From NCBI GenBank assembly GCA_964421125.1, contig CAYQVD010000005.1, positions 867-64,866 of the forward strand: 64,000 bases of DNA, given 5' to 3'. Below, piece after piece: positions 1 to 9,597 of this stretch. A program made the translations under genes and the position numbers. Positions within the stretch are counted from its first letter, which is position 1. Every line of letters begins with the position of its first letter. The notes under the pieces were generated by a model, which searched no databases, had not been told where the DNA came from, and saw nothing but the letters and a program-made list of their open reading frames with translations. The DNA is from an uncultured Bdellovibrionales bacterium. Its GTDB lineage: Bacteria > Patescibacteriota > Minisyncoccia > Moranbacterales > DUUL01.

Positions 1-1
1 T

Positions 2-40
2 GGCGGACATCGTTGTCCTGAATGTGGGGAAAAGTCCTAA
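2..40 (+). CDS. 3' end of a gene truncated by the window edge (…GGHRCPECGEKS*), CxxC zinc-ribbon-like tail
   Basis: Manual translation of frame 2 ends in TAA at 38-40 and is followed by a terminator. Confidence 0.5.
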   Translation, partial: GGHRCPECGEKS

Positions 41-75
41 AAGAAAACAGGACAAATAGTTACAATTTAAAGAAG

Positions 76-116
76 GCACCGCAATTGCAGAATCTTGCAA
101 TTTGCGGTGTTTTTTT
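76..116 (+). terminator. Rho-independent terminator
   Basis: GCACCGCAATTGCA…TGCAATTTGCGGTGT stem followed by a T run. Confidence 0.75.
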
Positions 117-182
117 ATACAAAAACCACCTTCCTCAAAAAAATAACCATTTAAATATATATTTAAATAGTTATTTCCAATC

Positions 183-350
183 TCATTCCCAGTCTTTGAT
201 AATCAGCTCCTTCCCTCTTTTCCTGATTTCAACTTTTTGACCTTCTCGCCATCCCAATTCCCTCACCATCTCAATTGGCAAAGTAATTGAATAACTAACG
301 TCCCTTTTCCCAATTTTCCTAATATTCCTATCATCTAATTTCCTCCTCAT
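183..350 (-). CDS. AbrB/MazE/SpoVT-family DNA-binding protein (55 aa, below the ORF-track cutoff)
   Basis: Manual translation: MRRKLDDRNIRKIGKRDVSYSITLPIEMVRELGWREGQKVEIRKRGKELIIKDWE; the ITLPxxxxxxLGWxxGxxV pattern is the swapped-hairpin signature. Confidence 0.8.
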   Translation of the reverse strand: MRRKLDDRNIRKIGKRDVSYSITLPIEMVRELGWREGQKVEIRKRGKELIIKDWE

Positions 351-360
351 TTTTTCTTGA

Positions 361-397
361 CCCGTTAAATTGTGGTACTCCGCACCATTTAACTAGG
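361..397. repeat. Palindromic repeat family A (GTTAAAT…TTTAAC), copy 1
   Basis: cccGTTAAATtgtggtactccgcaccATTTAACtagg; near-identical to 1521-1557. Confidence 0.7.
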
Positions 398-412
398 TTG
401 TTTTTAATTTAT

Positions 413-1429
413 TTATTCTGATAAATTTTTAGAAACTAAATCAATTATTGATCTTGGATTAATAATATGTAACCCGTCTTTATTAGTTGTATAACCCTTA
501 TTGATATATTCAAAAATTTCCTCATTTTTTAACGATGAGTCAATTTGTAACATCAAACAAATTATTCCTACTAAATATGGAACTGACCAACTCAATCCTC
601 CTTCGGCCCTATATTCATATTCATTATTTCCTTCGCTTGAAGCATATGTTCTGTAATCACTCGGAACTCTTAATGCTTTACTATTTTCTTCTCCAGACCA
701 AATATGGTCATCATACTCCAAAACGTCTTCCTTGCTTTGCCCTCCACAACCCGTGAAGTCGATATCTTTCATTGAACAATGAATAACTATAATGCCTTCC
801 TTTTTTGCTTGTTCCAGAGTATTCATCCAATCATCAACTCCATCTTCTTTTTTTTCTTCATTATAACCGAAAGAACAACTCACCACCCTGATTTTCTCTG
901 ATGAATTTTTATTATATTCAATAACATCCTTCAATGCCTTAGCATTATAATTAAAATAGTCAGAATTTCTCACTGAAGTTCTCGCTCGATAAAAGACTTT
1001 TGCATCAGGCGCAACACCACACTGCTTTCCGGATAATAGACTTGTGACTGCAGAGCCATGCATCTCCGGACCATGTTTTATTTCTCCAACCTCCTCATAA
1101 TCAATCAATGAATCCTCATACTCTTCATGATCCGTCAAAAGCTTTTGATCAATAATCGCCACGTTTATTCCTTTCCCCGTTATCCCTTCTGCATGAAGTT
1201 CTCTTATTCCCAATCCTGGATTCTTTCCATCTTCTAAAATCAATTCTGAGTCAAATCCAGCAGGAAGTTTTTCTTTCGGTGGCCATTTAGTCTGAGTATC
1301 AAAAGTAGTGGAGATTAAATTTTCAACGGGAATTTTTACTAAATCCAAAGCAGACATATCCAATCCTCTCAGATCTTGATACTTTTTTATTATAGTCTCG
1401 AATTTTCTTTCTTTTTCAAAATTCTCCAT
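413..1429 (-). CDS. S8 (subtilisin-like) serine peptidase
   Basis: Catalytic triad motifs VAIID, HGSAVTS and GLSWSVP. Confidence 0.9.
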   Translation of the reverse strand: MENFEKERKFETIIKKYQDLRGLDMSALDLVKIPVENLISTTFDTQTKWPPKEKLPAGFDSELILEDGKNPGLGIRELHAEGITGKGINVAIIDQKLLTDHEEYEDSLIDYEEVGEIKHGPEMHGSAVTSLLSGKQCGVAPDAKVFYRARTSVRNSDYFNYNAKALKDVIEYNKNSSEKIRVVSCSFGYNEEKKEDGVDDWMNTLEQAKKEGIIVIHCSMKDIDFTGCGGQSKEDVLEYDDHIWSGEENSKALRVPSDYRTYASSEGNNEYEYRAEGGLSWSVPYLVGIICLMLQIDSSLKNEEIFEYINKGYTTNKDGLHIINPRSIIDLVSKNLSE

Positions 1430-1520
1430 ATAAAATTAATTGTATAATTAAAATAATTCGATATTTTTTAATTTTTATATAACTCTACCCCGCCCGCCTA
1501 GACCTAACGTCTAGTCGAGA

Positions 1521-1557
1521 CTGGTTAAATTGTGCCATTCCGCACCCTTTAACTAGA
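1521..1557. repeat. Palindromic repeat family A, copy 2
   Basis: ctgGTTAAATtgtgccattccgcaccCTTTAACtaga; direct repeat of 361-397. Confidence 0.7.
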
Positions 1558-1613
1558 TTATTTATTTTTTAATTTTTACCTAACATTCTCTTTAATAACT
1601 ATTCCTTCAAAAT

Positions 1614-2150
1614 TTAATCACATATTCCTTGAAGCATTTTTTGAGGATAATTATATTTTTGCTTAAGTTTGTTACAATCTGCAACCCCATTCCCCTCATA
1701 AACAATTTCCCACTCCCCGTTTATCCTAACTGCTAAAAACATTCCAGCATTTCCTTGTCCTCCGGGAGCAAATTCTACTCCTCCACGAGCAAAGTCCCCT
1801 TCTTCCTGACTGATTATTATTGTAACTTCGCTTAAATCTTTTTTATATTTTTCTACCATCGCTTCCGCAATTCCATCATTGGAAGATTTCACACATTCTT
1901 CTTCCCAGGCTTTCAAACATTTTTGTTTTTCTTCACACCAACTATAGCCGGCTCCAATAAGACATCCATGATCATCCTTGTCTCCACCTATTATTTTTTT
2001 ATCAATTCCTACTTCCTCAAAATTATTCTGAGTTTCAGGAACAACACTTTCTTGCACAGGAGTATTTTGCAAATCACTTTGTTGATAGAAAATATACCCT
2101 ATCGCACCAATCAGAAAAATCACTAGCGCACCAATAATAAAGTTTTTCAT
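1614..2150 (-). CDS. Membrane-anchored/secreted Cys-rich hypothetical protein
   Basis: N-terminal hydrophobic helix; GGDKDDHGCLIGAGYSWCEEKQKC motif. Confidence 0.75.
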   Translation of the reverse strand: MKNFIIGALVIFLIGAIGYIFYQQSDLQNTPVQESVVPETQNNFEEVGIDKKIIGGDKDDHGCLIGAGYSWCEEKQKCLKAWEEECVKSSNDGIAEAMVEKYKKDLSEVTIIISQEEGDFARGGVEFAPGGQGNAGMFLAVRINGEWEIVYEGNGVADCNKLKQKYNYPQKMLQGICD

Positions 2151-2179
2151 TTTTTTTATTTAAGTAAATTATTACTTAT

Positions 2180-2208
2180 ATTTTAACTCTATTTCCCCAA
2201 TAAATCAA
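2180..2208 (-). promoter_or_regulatory. Putative sigma70 promoter for 1614..2150
   Basis: TTGATT-17 nt-TAAAAT on the minus strand. Confidence 0.5.
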
Positions 2209-2244
2209 AAATTTTAGGGAACTAGAATAAGATAAAATTTCAAT

Positions 2245-2285
2245 AAAAAAAGCCGGTTTGTAATTAATAAACACAAACCGACTTT
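2245..2285 (-). terminator. Terminator downstream of the sigma factor gene
   Basis: AGCCGGTTTGT…ACAAACCGACT stem with an A7 run on + (U tail on -). Confidence 0.65.
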
Positions 2286-2322
2286 CCTTTTAAAAGGTTT
2301 TTAGAAATTCGATGAATTTCAA

Positions 2323-3447
2323 TTAATTTTGAATCAAGGACTCTTTTTCTCCGCGTAATTTTTGAATTTCTCTTCGCACAACACTAAGAGAAGAAGCGAC
2401 GTAATTTCTTGTAGTGCCCAGTTTCTGAGCAATTTCCTTAACGGTAAGTCGCTCCCCGCTTCCCTTAAAGCCGAAATGAAACAATGCACCTTCTTGTTTT
2501 TTTGTTCCAATGTTTGTGACGCTTTCTATTTCTGCTTGCGTCACATTAGACAGCTCAGTCTTATTTTTTGGAACAGAGACAAATTTCTTTCCATTATTGA
2601 AACCAATCAGTTTCTTTTTTATTGCTTTTTCGATTTGTCTTACCCTTTCATGAGTAATACTAAAACGATCCCCAATCTCTTTAAGCTTCATGGGTTCTTC
2701 AGCACACATCCTACTATTCAATATGTACAATTCTCTTTCAGAGAGAGTCTTTCGGAATTGACTGATCATTTTTTTCCATTTTACTTGTTGATCTTTTTCC
2801 GCAACAATTGCTTCGGTGTCAAAATCGAAAGGTATTCTGCCCCCAAAAGTTTCTGTGCCAGTTTCATATACTGGCGTGTTAAGAGAAAGATCATACTGAG
2901 AAAGACGACTGTTCATATTGATAACCTCTCTCTTTTCAACACCTAGTCGCTCAGCAATCATTTCAGCGGTTGGATCAACGCCCTCTTCTTCTAGTTTTTT
3001 CTTTTCCTTGTTTAACTGCCAAAAAAGTTTTCGCTGAGCATTGCTAGTGCCAATTTTGACTAAGCGCCAGTTTTCCATTATGAACTTTAAGATATAAGCT
3101 TTGATCCAAAATGAAGCATAATAATAAAACTTAACTCCTTTAAAGTGGTCGAATTTAATAACTGCTCGCATAAGACCCAAATTTCCTTCTTGAATCAAAT
3201 CCAGCAAGTTATCCATCCAAATTCTTTGAGAATCCAAGGCAATCTTAACCACTAAGCGCAAATTGCACTGCACCAGCTTTTTTTTAGCCTCCTCATCACC
3301 ATTCTCATTAAACCGGATGGCTAGATCTATTTGTTGAGTATGCGTTAACAGTTTATACTTCCCAATCTCAGCTAAGTATTGATTAAGAGAATCACGATGC
3401 TCTTTTTCCCCTGCTACCATTTTTTCTTCTCTTGTATTAGTAATCAC
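2323..3447 (-). CDS. Sigma70-family RNA polymerase sigma factor, RpoH (sigma32)-like, with an extra C-terminal HTH
   Basis: Region 2 NLRLVVKIA/DLIQEGNLGLMRAV; RpoH-box-like QRKLF; region 4 LKEIGDRFSITHERVRQIE; GTG start with a GGGGGGA SD. Confidence 0.85.
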   Translation of the reverse strand: MITNTREEKMVAGEKEHRDSLNQYLAEIGKYKLLTHTQQIDLAIRFNENGDEEAKKKLVQCNLRLVVKIALDSQRIWMDNLLDLIQEGNLGLMRAVIKFDHFKGVKFYYYASFWIKAYILKFIMENWRLVKIGTSNAQRKLFWQLNKEKKKLEEEGVDPTAEMIAERLGVEKREVINMNSRLSQYDLSLNTPVYETGTETFGGRIPFDFDTEAIVAEKDQQVKWKKMISQFRKTLSERELYILNSRMCAEEPMKLKEIGDRFSITHERVRQIEKAIKKKLIGFNNGKKFVSVPKNKTELSNVTQAEIESVTNIGTKKQEGALFHFGFKGSGERLTVKEIAQKLGTTRNYVASSLSVVRREIQKLRGEKESLIQN

Positions 3448-3513
3448 CGTTCCCCCCTTCTTAGTTGAATTTTCAATGTTCTATGTACTATTTTCTAATT
3501 AGTTTAATAGAAT

Positions 3514-3542
3514 ATTTTAACGTAAAGCCTTCCATAAGTCAA
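3514..3542 (-). promoter_or_regulatory. Putative sigma70 promoter of the sigma factor gene
   Basis: TTGACT-17 nt-TAAAAT. Confidence 0.6.
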
Positions 3543-3558
3543 AGAATCAACACTAAAT

Positions 3559-4890
3559 TCAGTCAAGCTCCTTTTTTTCAATATTATTCTCCACAAACTC
3601 TTTTTGCTTCTTTTTCTTTTCCAACCGACCCATACTAATCACTTTTTTTGAATTAAAATCTGAAAATTTCTCTAATTCCTTATCCAAATCACAAACAGCT
3701 GGATTAACTTCCAGTGCTGTCTTATTGATGCCGAGAAGTTTTATCCCGTCTAGCGAACGTACTCGAGAAAGAGCCACATAGCCCATTCCATATTCAAATG
3801 ACTTACTCAGGTCCATTTCCACTGCATCCAAGGTCATCCCCTGACTTTTGTGCACAGTGATTGCCCAAGCCAGCCTGAGTGGAACTTGCGTCACCGATGC
3901 CAGTATTTCACCATCTTCATCAATAGACCATTTTTCTGGAACCGCTGTGATTATTTTGCCTTTAATGGTTTTCACAATCGGCAATCCCTCTTTTTCAAAA
4001 CCAACAACACTCCCAAGTGTGCCGTTCACAAAACCTTTCTCAAAATTATTTTTCACAAACATCACTACCGCTCCTTTTTTAAGCACCAGCGTTTCCGGAG
4101 CAAGACAACCTCTTTTTATTGTGTTGACTAAGTTAGCTATTCCAGTAGAAGTCATTTGGAATGTTTTTGGCTCTTCTTCTATTTTTCCCAATTCAAAATT
4201 ATTTATTTCATCCGCATTAGCATTATGAGTGAAGAGCTTGGTTGGGGTAATTTTGCTTTTAATGTTTTTATTTTCTCTGGAAAGAATAAGTCCTGATGTC
4301 TCTGTGTCACAAGTTCTGCTTCTGATGTCACTAAGAATTTTCAACATTTGACCTTCTTCTTGGCGATGCTGTTCTTCAAGATAGCAAGTCGTGGGATTCA
4401 TTTCTTGCCAAACTCTGGATTCATTCACAAAGCGAGCTTTGGTTCCATATCTTGCCACTGGTGGTAATTGAAAAAAATCTCCGCAAAGAATTACCTGCAA
4501 ACCGCCAAAAGGCAGGAACGGGTCTTTGAATCTTTTGCAGATGCTATCAACAATGTCTAGCTGATGAGCATGAAGCATCGAAACTTCATCTATTATCAAT
4601 ACTCTAGTTTTTTTAATTTTTCGACTATAGAAACCTCTCTTTTTAAGTTTAGAAAAATCCGCTTCAGTAAAAACGTCTCTGATTCCCATTCCCGACCAAC
4701 TGTGAATAGTTTGCCCGTTCATATGAGTCGAAGCAATCCCAGTGGAAGCTGTGACGGCTACTCCTATTTTTTTATTTTTAAGATATTTAATGTATTGATT
4801 TAGAAGATATGTCTTTCCGCTTCCCGCAGGACCTGTCAAAAAAACGTTATGCCCCAATTTCAAAATATCCAAAGCTGTCGATTGTTTCAT
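3559..4890 (-). CDS. PIF1/RecD-like SF1B ATP-dependent DNA helicase
   Basis: GPAGSGKT, IIDEVSM, PFGGLQVILCGDFFQLPPV, AWAITVHKSQGMTL and YVALSR motifs. Confidence 0.92.
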   Translation of the reverse strand: MKQSTALDILKLGHNVFLTGPAGSGKTYLLNQYIKYLKNKKIGVAVTASTGIASTHMNGQTIHSWSGMGIRDVFTEADFSKLKKRGFYSRKIKKTRVLIIDEVSMLHAHQLDIVDSICKRFKDPFLPFGGLQVILCGDFFQLPPVARYGTKARFVNESRVWQEMNPTTCYLEEQHRQEEGQMLKILSDIRSRTCDTETSGLILSRENKNIKSKITPTKLFTHNANADEINNFELGKIEEEPKTFQMTSTGIANLVNTIKRGCLAPETLVLKKGAVVMFVKNNFEKGFVNGTLGSVVGFEKEGLPIVKTIKGKIITAVPEKWSIDEDGEILASVTQVPLRLAWAITVHKSQGMTLDAVEMDLSKSFEYGMGYVALSRVRSLDGIKLLGINKTALEVNPAVCDLDKELEKFSDFNSKKVISMGRLEKKKKQKEFVENNIEKKELD

Positions 4891-4920
4891 TGTTTCCTTC
4901 CTTATTTTCTATATAAGTTT

Positions 4921-4953
4921 ACCCCGTTAAATTTCTTTCTATTTAACCAGGGT
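4921..4953. repeat. Palindromic repeat family A, short copy
   Basis: accccGTTAAAT ttctttct ATTTAAC cagggt. Confidence 0.55.
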
Positions 4954-5113
4954 AATACATTACTTACATTCTACCCCCATCCCCCAATAAATCAAAACCC
5001 GTCATGTGTTTATAGGTATTAAAATAGTTGAATTTTTTATTTAAATAGGCTATTATGGAAAGTGCATTGAGGTGCAACCTTGATGTGTTTAAAACTAACC
5101 CTAAACTAATTTA

Positions 5114-6118
5114 ATGAAACTTATTGTTAATATCCCTGCATTTAACGAAGAAGAAAAAATTGCAGAAACTATTGGGAGAATTAAAAAGAGCTTTCAGTCT
5201 GATTTTTATGTAAATGGACTTGGAAAAGTTTTTAATTCCAAGATTATTCAGGTAATTGATGATGGATCAAAAGACAAAACAGCTCAAGTTGCCAAAGAGG
5301 CTGGAGCTGAAATTATTGTTTCATACAAACCAAATCGAAGACTAGCTTATTCTTTTAAAATGGCAGTAGAAAGTGCTCTTGAAAACAATGTTGATTTAAT
5401 GGTCAACATTGATGCTGATGGTCAATTCGATCCAGAAGATATTCCAAAACTTCTTAAGCCAATTCTTGAAGGTGAAAAAGATATGGTGATTGCAAACAGG
5501 TTTGGTAACAAAAAAGCTCAAGATATTCCTTGGATAAAAAGCTTCTTAAATCAATTCGCTGCCAAGATTATTAGTTTTTTCTTGAATTACAAAATTGAAG
5601 ACCTGACTTGCGGTTTTAGAGCTCACAACAAAGAAACTCTCCTTCGATTAAATCTAACAAATGTTCATTTCACTTATACCCAAGAAACTATCATTGATGC
5701 GATTGGTAAAAACTTGAAACTTGTTTGGATTCCAGTTCATGTTACCTATTTTACTAATCGAAAATCAAGAATTGTGAGTTCAATTTGGAAATTTATTAAT
5801 AATTCATCAAAAATTATTATAAAAGCAGTAAGGGATGTTCGACCACTCAAGTTTTTTGGTTGGCCCGCTCTTTTCTTTATTACTCTTTCTATTTTAGGTT
5901 TTGTTGTTTTCTTTTATAACTATTTCCAAGAATTCAAAATCACCCCATACATTAATTATATTATTTTCGCTTCTATTTCCCTACTCCTGGGAATTCAATT
6001 ACTCGTTTTCTCTTTCATTGCTGATATGATCAAAGCCAATCGACAACTCACTGAAGAATCAATGTACCAACAAAAGAAGGAACGCTACCGTAAAAATAAT
6101 TTTCCTATCAATCAATAA
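5114..6118 (+). CDS. GT2 glycosyltransferase (polyprenol-phosphate sugar synthase-like) with C-terminal TM helices
   Basis: IPAFNEE, IDDGSKD, DADGQ and CGFRA motifs; two C-terminal TMs. Confidence 0.9.
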   Translation: MKLIVNIPAFNEEEKIAETIGRIKKSFQSDFYVNGLGKVFNSKIIQVIDDGSKDKTAQVAKEAGAEIIVSYKPNRRLAYSFKMAVESALENNVDLMVNIDADGQFDPEDIPKLLKPILEGEKDMVIANRFGNKKAQDIPWIKSFLNQFAAKIISFFLNYKIEDLTCGFRAHNKETLLRLNLTNVHFTYTQETIIDAIGKNLKLVWIPVHVTYFTNRKSRIVSSIWKFINNSSKIIIKAVRDVRPLKFFGWPALFFITLSILGFVVFFYNYFQEFKITPYINYIIFASISLLLGIQLLVFSFIADMIKANRQLTEESMYQQKKERYRKNNFPINQ

Positions 6119-7227
6119 TGAAAATATTATTTATTTCACATTCTTATCCACCAATTAAAGGGGGAGTAGAAAATCAGAACTATAATCTTGCTAGTAAGTT
6201 GCAAGAAAAAACTGAAACTAAAATTATTGCTAACGGAAGAGGAAAGAAATTCCTTCCCATCTTCCTTCCTTGGACCTTACTAAAGGCTTTTTTCTTAATG
6301 ACAAAATATGATGCCTGTCTTCTTGGCAATGGAGTCTTGGCACCAATTGGAGTAATTCTCAGATTTTTTCATCCAAAAAAGAAATTCTTTTGCATTGTTC
6401 ACGGACTCGACATAACATTTGCCAATCGAGAAGAGCTCCTTTCAAAGATATATCGAAATATCAATGTTCCTTCAATGAAAAAATTTCACAAACTCTTTAT
6501 GGTTGGAAACGCCACAATCGAAGAAGCTGTTTCTGCAGGAATTGATCGAAAGCTTTGTCAATTCATTCCAAATGGTGTAAACGAAGAAGATTTCAAGGAA
6601 AGCCATACCCGAAAAGAACTTTCTCAAATTTATGGAAAAAATATAGATGACAAAAAAGTTATCCTCCGCCTCGGAAGATTCGTTCCTCATAAAGGAGCAA
6701 GTTGGTTTATTGAAAATATCATGCCAAAACTTCCTGAGAATGTCGTAATGATTATAGCTGGTGGTCGAGTTAATCGAAAAACTGCTGGGGACCAAGACGC
6801 CTTTATTGACTGTGAACAAGCGATTATCAAAAACCATCTTGAAGATCGAGTCAGATTAATACCCTCCATTCCGCAAGATCAATTAAAGATTATTCTTAAT
6901 ACGGTTGATATTGTTGTTTCACCAAATATCAAGATTCCTGGATCAATGGAAGGATTTGGAATCAACGTAATTGAAGCTGGAATATGCAATAGAGTGGTTC
7001 TGGCCTCAGACATGGAAGGATTGGCAGACGCAATTAAAAATGGGAAAAACGGAATTCTAATTGAATCAGAAAATGAAGAACAATGGATCAAAAAAATTAA
7101 TGGCATTATCGACGCAGGTGATGAATTCATAGAGAACTTTGGAAAAAGAGCTGGAGAATATGTAAAAGAAAACTATAGCTGGGATAAAATTTCCAAAGAA
7201 TATATTAACGAAATGAAAAAGTTTTAA
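6118..7227 (+). CDS. GT4 family glycosyltransferase
   Basis: GRFVPHKG and EGFGINVIEA motifs; start overlaps the upstream stop. Confidence 0.9.
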   Translation: MKILFISHSYPPIKGGVENQNYNLASKLQEKTETKIIANGRGKKFLPIFLPWTLLKAFFLMTKYDACLLGNGVLAPIGVILRFFHPKKKFFCIVHGLDITFANREELLSKIYRNINVPSMKKFHKLFMVGNATIEEAVSAGIDRKLCQFIPNGVNEEDFKESHTRKELSQIYGKNIDDKKVILRLGRFVPHKGASWFIENIMPKLPENVVMIIAGGRVNRKTAGDQDAFIDCEQAIIKNHLEDRVRLIPSIPQDQLKIILNTVDIVVSPNIKIPGSMEGFGINVIEAGICNRVVLASDMEGLADAIKNGKNGILIESENEEQWIKKINGIIDAGDEFIENFGKRAGEYVKENYSWDKISKEYINEMKKF

Positions 7228-7239
7228 ATAAAATTAAAA

Positions 7240-9186
7240 ATGATTGAATTGATATTGTTAAATTTATCTATTATTTTCATCCTGTTTTTACCAGGATATT
7301 TTTTGATTAAGGCGCTTAGAAACAAAAATGATGACTTACTAGGAATTGAAACACTCACCCTGTCCCTTGCTATTAGCATTGCACTGATTGATTTTATTTT
7401 CATCTTTATCAACAAACTTCAGATACCAATCAATTTATTTACCGTAATTCTGTTTCCCGGAATACTTATTATTGGACTAGCTGTTATTTATTTTATCAAA
7501 AAAAGTCCACTAGAAGAAAAAATTAATACCGACAAAAAAGATTATAAATTTATTAAAATATTTTTAATATTAATCCTATTTGCAGTTGTCATCAAAGGAG
7601 GATTTTTGCTTTCAAAAACAGTTCCAAGCTCGACTGACCTTGGACACCACATGTATTGGGCAAAATATATTCAAACATTTAATCATCTCCCTGATTACGG
7701 AATGCCCGACTTCATTATTGGAGAACACATCATCTTTGGAGTCATTGCAATTGCTTCTGGAGTGACACTCGTCAGTACCATGCCAATGATAATTCTTTTT
7801 CTAATAAACTTCTGCTCACTTTTTGCTCTAACACTATTAGGCTATGAAGTGGCTATCAATTTTACAAACAAAAAAAATGCTAAAATTATCGCGCTATTAG
7901 TCTTTATTACCATTGGAATTCTTTATGCAATCGCTTCCCCACAAACAAAATATGTTTCTGGTGGAGTCATTGGAAATCTAATTGGAAATCTTTTTATTCC
8001 ACTTTTGATTTTTTCATTTTTAAAAGCATTAAGAACCAAACAAAAAGTTTATTCGATCATTTTTGCAATTCTTCTTTTTGGTCTTATTTTCACCCATCAT
8101 CTCTCCAGTTTTGTTTTTCTTTTTATTTCATTGGGTTTTATTATTCTAACCTTAATTGTTTTAACTGCGAAGACCCTCCTTAACAAAAACAAACTCGAAA
8201 CATTAAAAAAATACTATTCTGAATTAAAAGTTTTTTTGAATATTAAATATATTATCGGTGTAATCTTTTTGGGAATTATTCTTTTAATTTCAAGAATTCC
8301 ATCTTATCTTAATCCTTCCGCCGTGGACACTGCAGTAGGAGTTCCATCCAAAGCTACTCGAACAGGACTTAGCTTGATGTCCATTCTTGAGACAGCTGGT
8401 CCTTGGAGATTTTTCTATGCAGCAATCGGAGTAATTTTTTTTACTATAATCATCTGGGGACTTTTCATTAATTCTAAAAAAATTGCAGAAAGATTAGAGT
8501 TAACCGAGAAATTTAATTTAAAAACTACTGTAGTAATATTATTCCCTATTGTCTGGCTTGGAATGCTTTTTATCATGAGCTACAAACCAGGGCTCTTGAA
8601 GATTGACATTCCATCAAACAGAATTGGAAGTTACATTTCATATCCAGCAGCACTTCTTAGTGGATTCGGTATTTTTTATTTATTGAAATTAATCACTGGA
8701 GCATCAGCCGGATTTAAAAAACTTTTTCCGATTGTCTTCATAATCGTTCTTGGGACAGGAATTATTTCTGGACTTAGTGATATTTCAAATTTCTACGAAG
8801 AAAATTCCGAGAATAAAACCATTAGCCAAGTTTTTGCAGGCTCTGAGTTTCTAGCAGAAAAAACCGAAGACTCCGATATCATCATCAAGGACCATATCTA
8901 CATGCCAGCTGACACTTGGATGAAATTATTCCTCATGAGAGAATACAAAAATCCGCTTTCAAGGTCTTTCTTGAAGCGTTACAATGACCCAACGAAAAAC
9001 AGAGAAACTTGCACTCGAGACATGATTGCTATTCCAGACTCACCAGTCGGACAAAGCTGTTTTAAAGAATATGAAACTAATTATGTTTTCCTTAAGAAAG
9101 GATACGACAATCAACAATTTGAAAACTCTTCGAATTTTTCTAAAATTTTCTCAAGTGAAGATGTCGTAATATTTCAAAGAAATTAA
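7240..9186 (+). CDS. Polytopic membrane protein, probable GT-C-type glycosyltransferase
   Basis: Many TM segments; acidic/His loop STDLGHH after the early TMs; THH motif; soluble C-terminal domain; glycan-locus context. Confidence 0.6.
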   Translation: MIELILLNLSIIFILFLPGYFLIKALRNKNDDLLGIETLTLSLAISIALIDFIFIFINKLQIPINLFTVILFPGILIIGLAVIYFIKKSPLEEKINTDKKDYKFIKIFLILILFAVVIKGGFLLSKTVPSSTDLGHHMYWAKYIQTFNHLPDYGMPDFIIGEHIIFGVIAIASGVTLVSTMPMIILFLINFCSLFALTLLGYEVAINFTNKKNAKIIALLVFITIGILYAIASPQTKYVSGGVIGNLIGNLFIPLLIFSFLKALRTKQKVYSIIFAILLFGLIFTHHLSSFVFLFISLGFIILTLIVLTAKTLLNKNKLETLKKYYSELKVFLNIKYIIGVIFLGIILLISRIPSYLNPSAVDTAVGVPSKATRTGLSLMSILETAGPWRFFYAAIGVIFFTIIIWGLFINSKKIAERLELTEKFNLKTTVVILFPIVWLGMLFIMSYKPGLLKIDIPSNRIGSYISYPAALLSGFGIFYLLKLITGASAGFKKLFPIVFIIVLGTGIISGLSDISNFYEENSENKTISQVFAGSEFLAEKTEDSDIIIKDHIYMPADTWMKLFLMREYKNPLSRSFLKRYNDPTKNRETCTRDMIAIPDSPVGQSCFKEYETNYVFLKKGYDNQQFENSSNFSKIFSSEDVVIFQRN

Positions 9187-9192
9187 AATATC

Positions 9193-9597
9193 ATGAAAAA
9201 ATATATTCCTGTTATAGTTTTAGTCCTCCTTCTACTAACTTCCTCCCTTTTGTTTTGGAAAGGAGAAGATTCTCTTAGAAAATCTTCCCAAAACTATACT
9301 CTTTTCTATTTTGAAAATACTCAATCGACAACCAATAATATCAAGGAAAACCTTTCCTTTTTAATTGAGAATAACAAACTAGAAACTATTAATTACAAGC
9401 TAACTCACCTCATCAACAATCAAGAAGTTTTCACAGAGACAATTGAAGTCAAAGGAAATACAATCAAGAAAATTGCACCATCTGATAAATTATTTTCTGA
9501 AATTAAAAAAATTGAAGGAGATTCTTTTATGTACCAAATAAAAACTAATAGAAACAGTAATAATTTCAAGTTAACTAAAAAAATATCTATTGAATAA
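9193..9597 (+). CDS. Membrane-anchored hypothetical protein
   Basis: N-terminal TM; operon-coupled. Confidence 0.7.
   Translation: MKKYIPVIVLVLLLLTSSLLFWKGEDSLRKSSQNYTLFYFENTQSTTNNIKENLSFLIENNKLETINYKLTHLINNQEVFTETIEVKGNTIKKIAPSDKLFSEIKKIEGDSFMYQIKTNRNSNNFKLTKKISIE

Noticed and set aside
361-1557. Integron attC sites
   Set aside because: Core motifs are in the wrong order (GTT first, AAC last), the elements are too short, and no integrase is seen.
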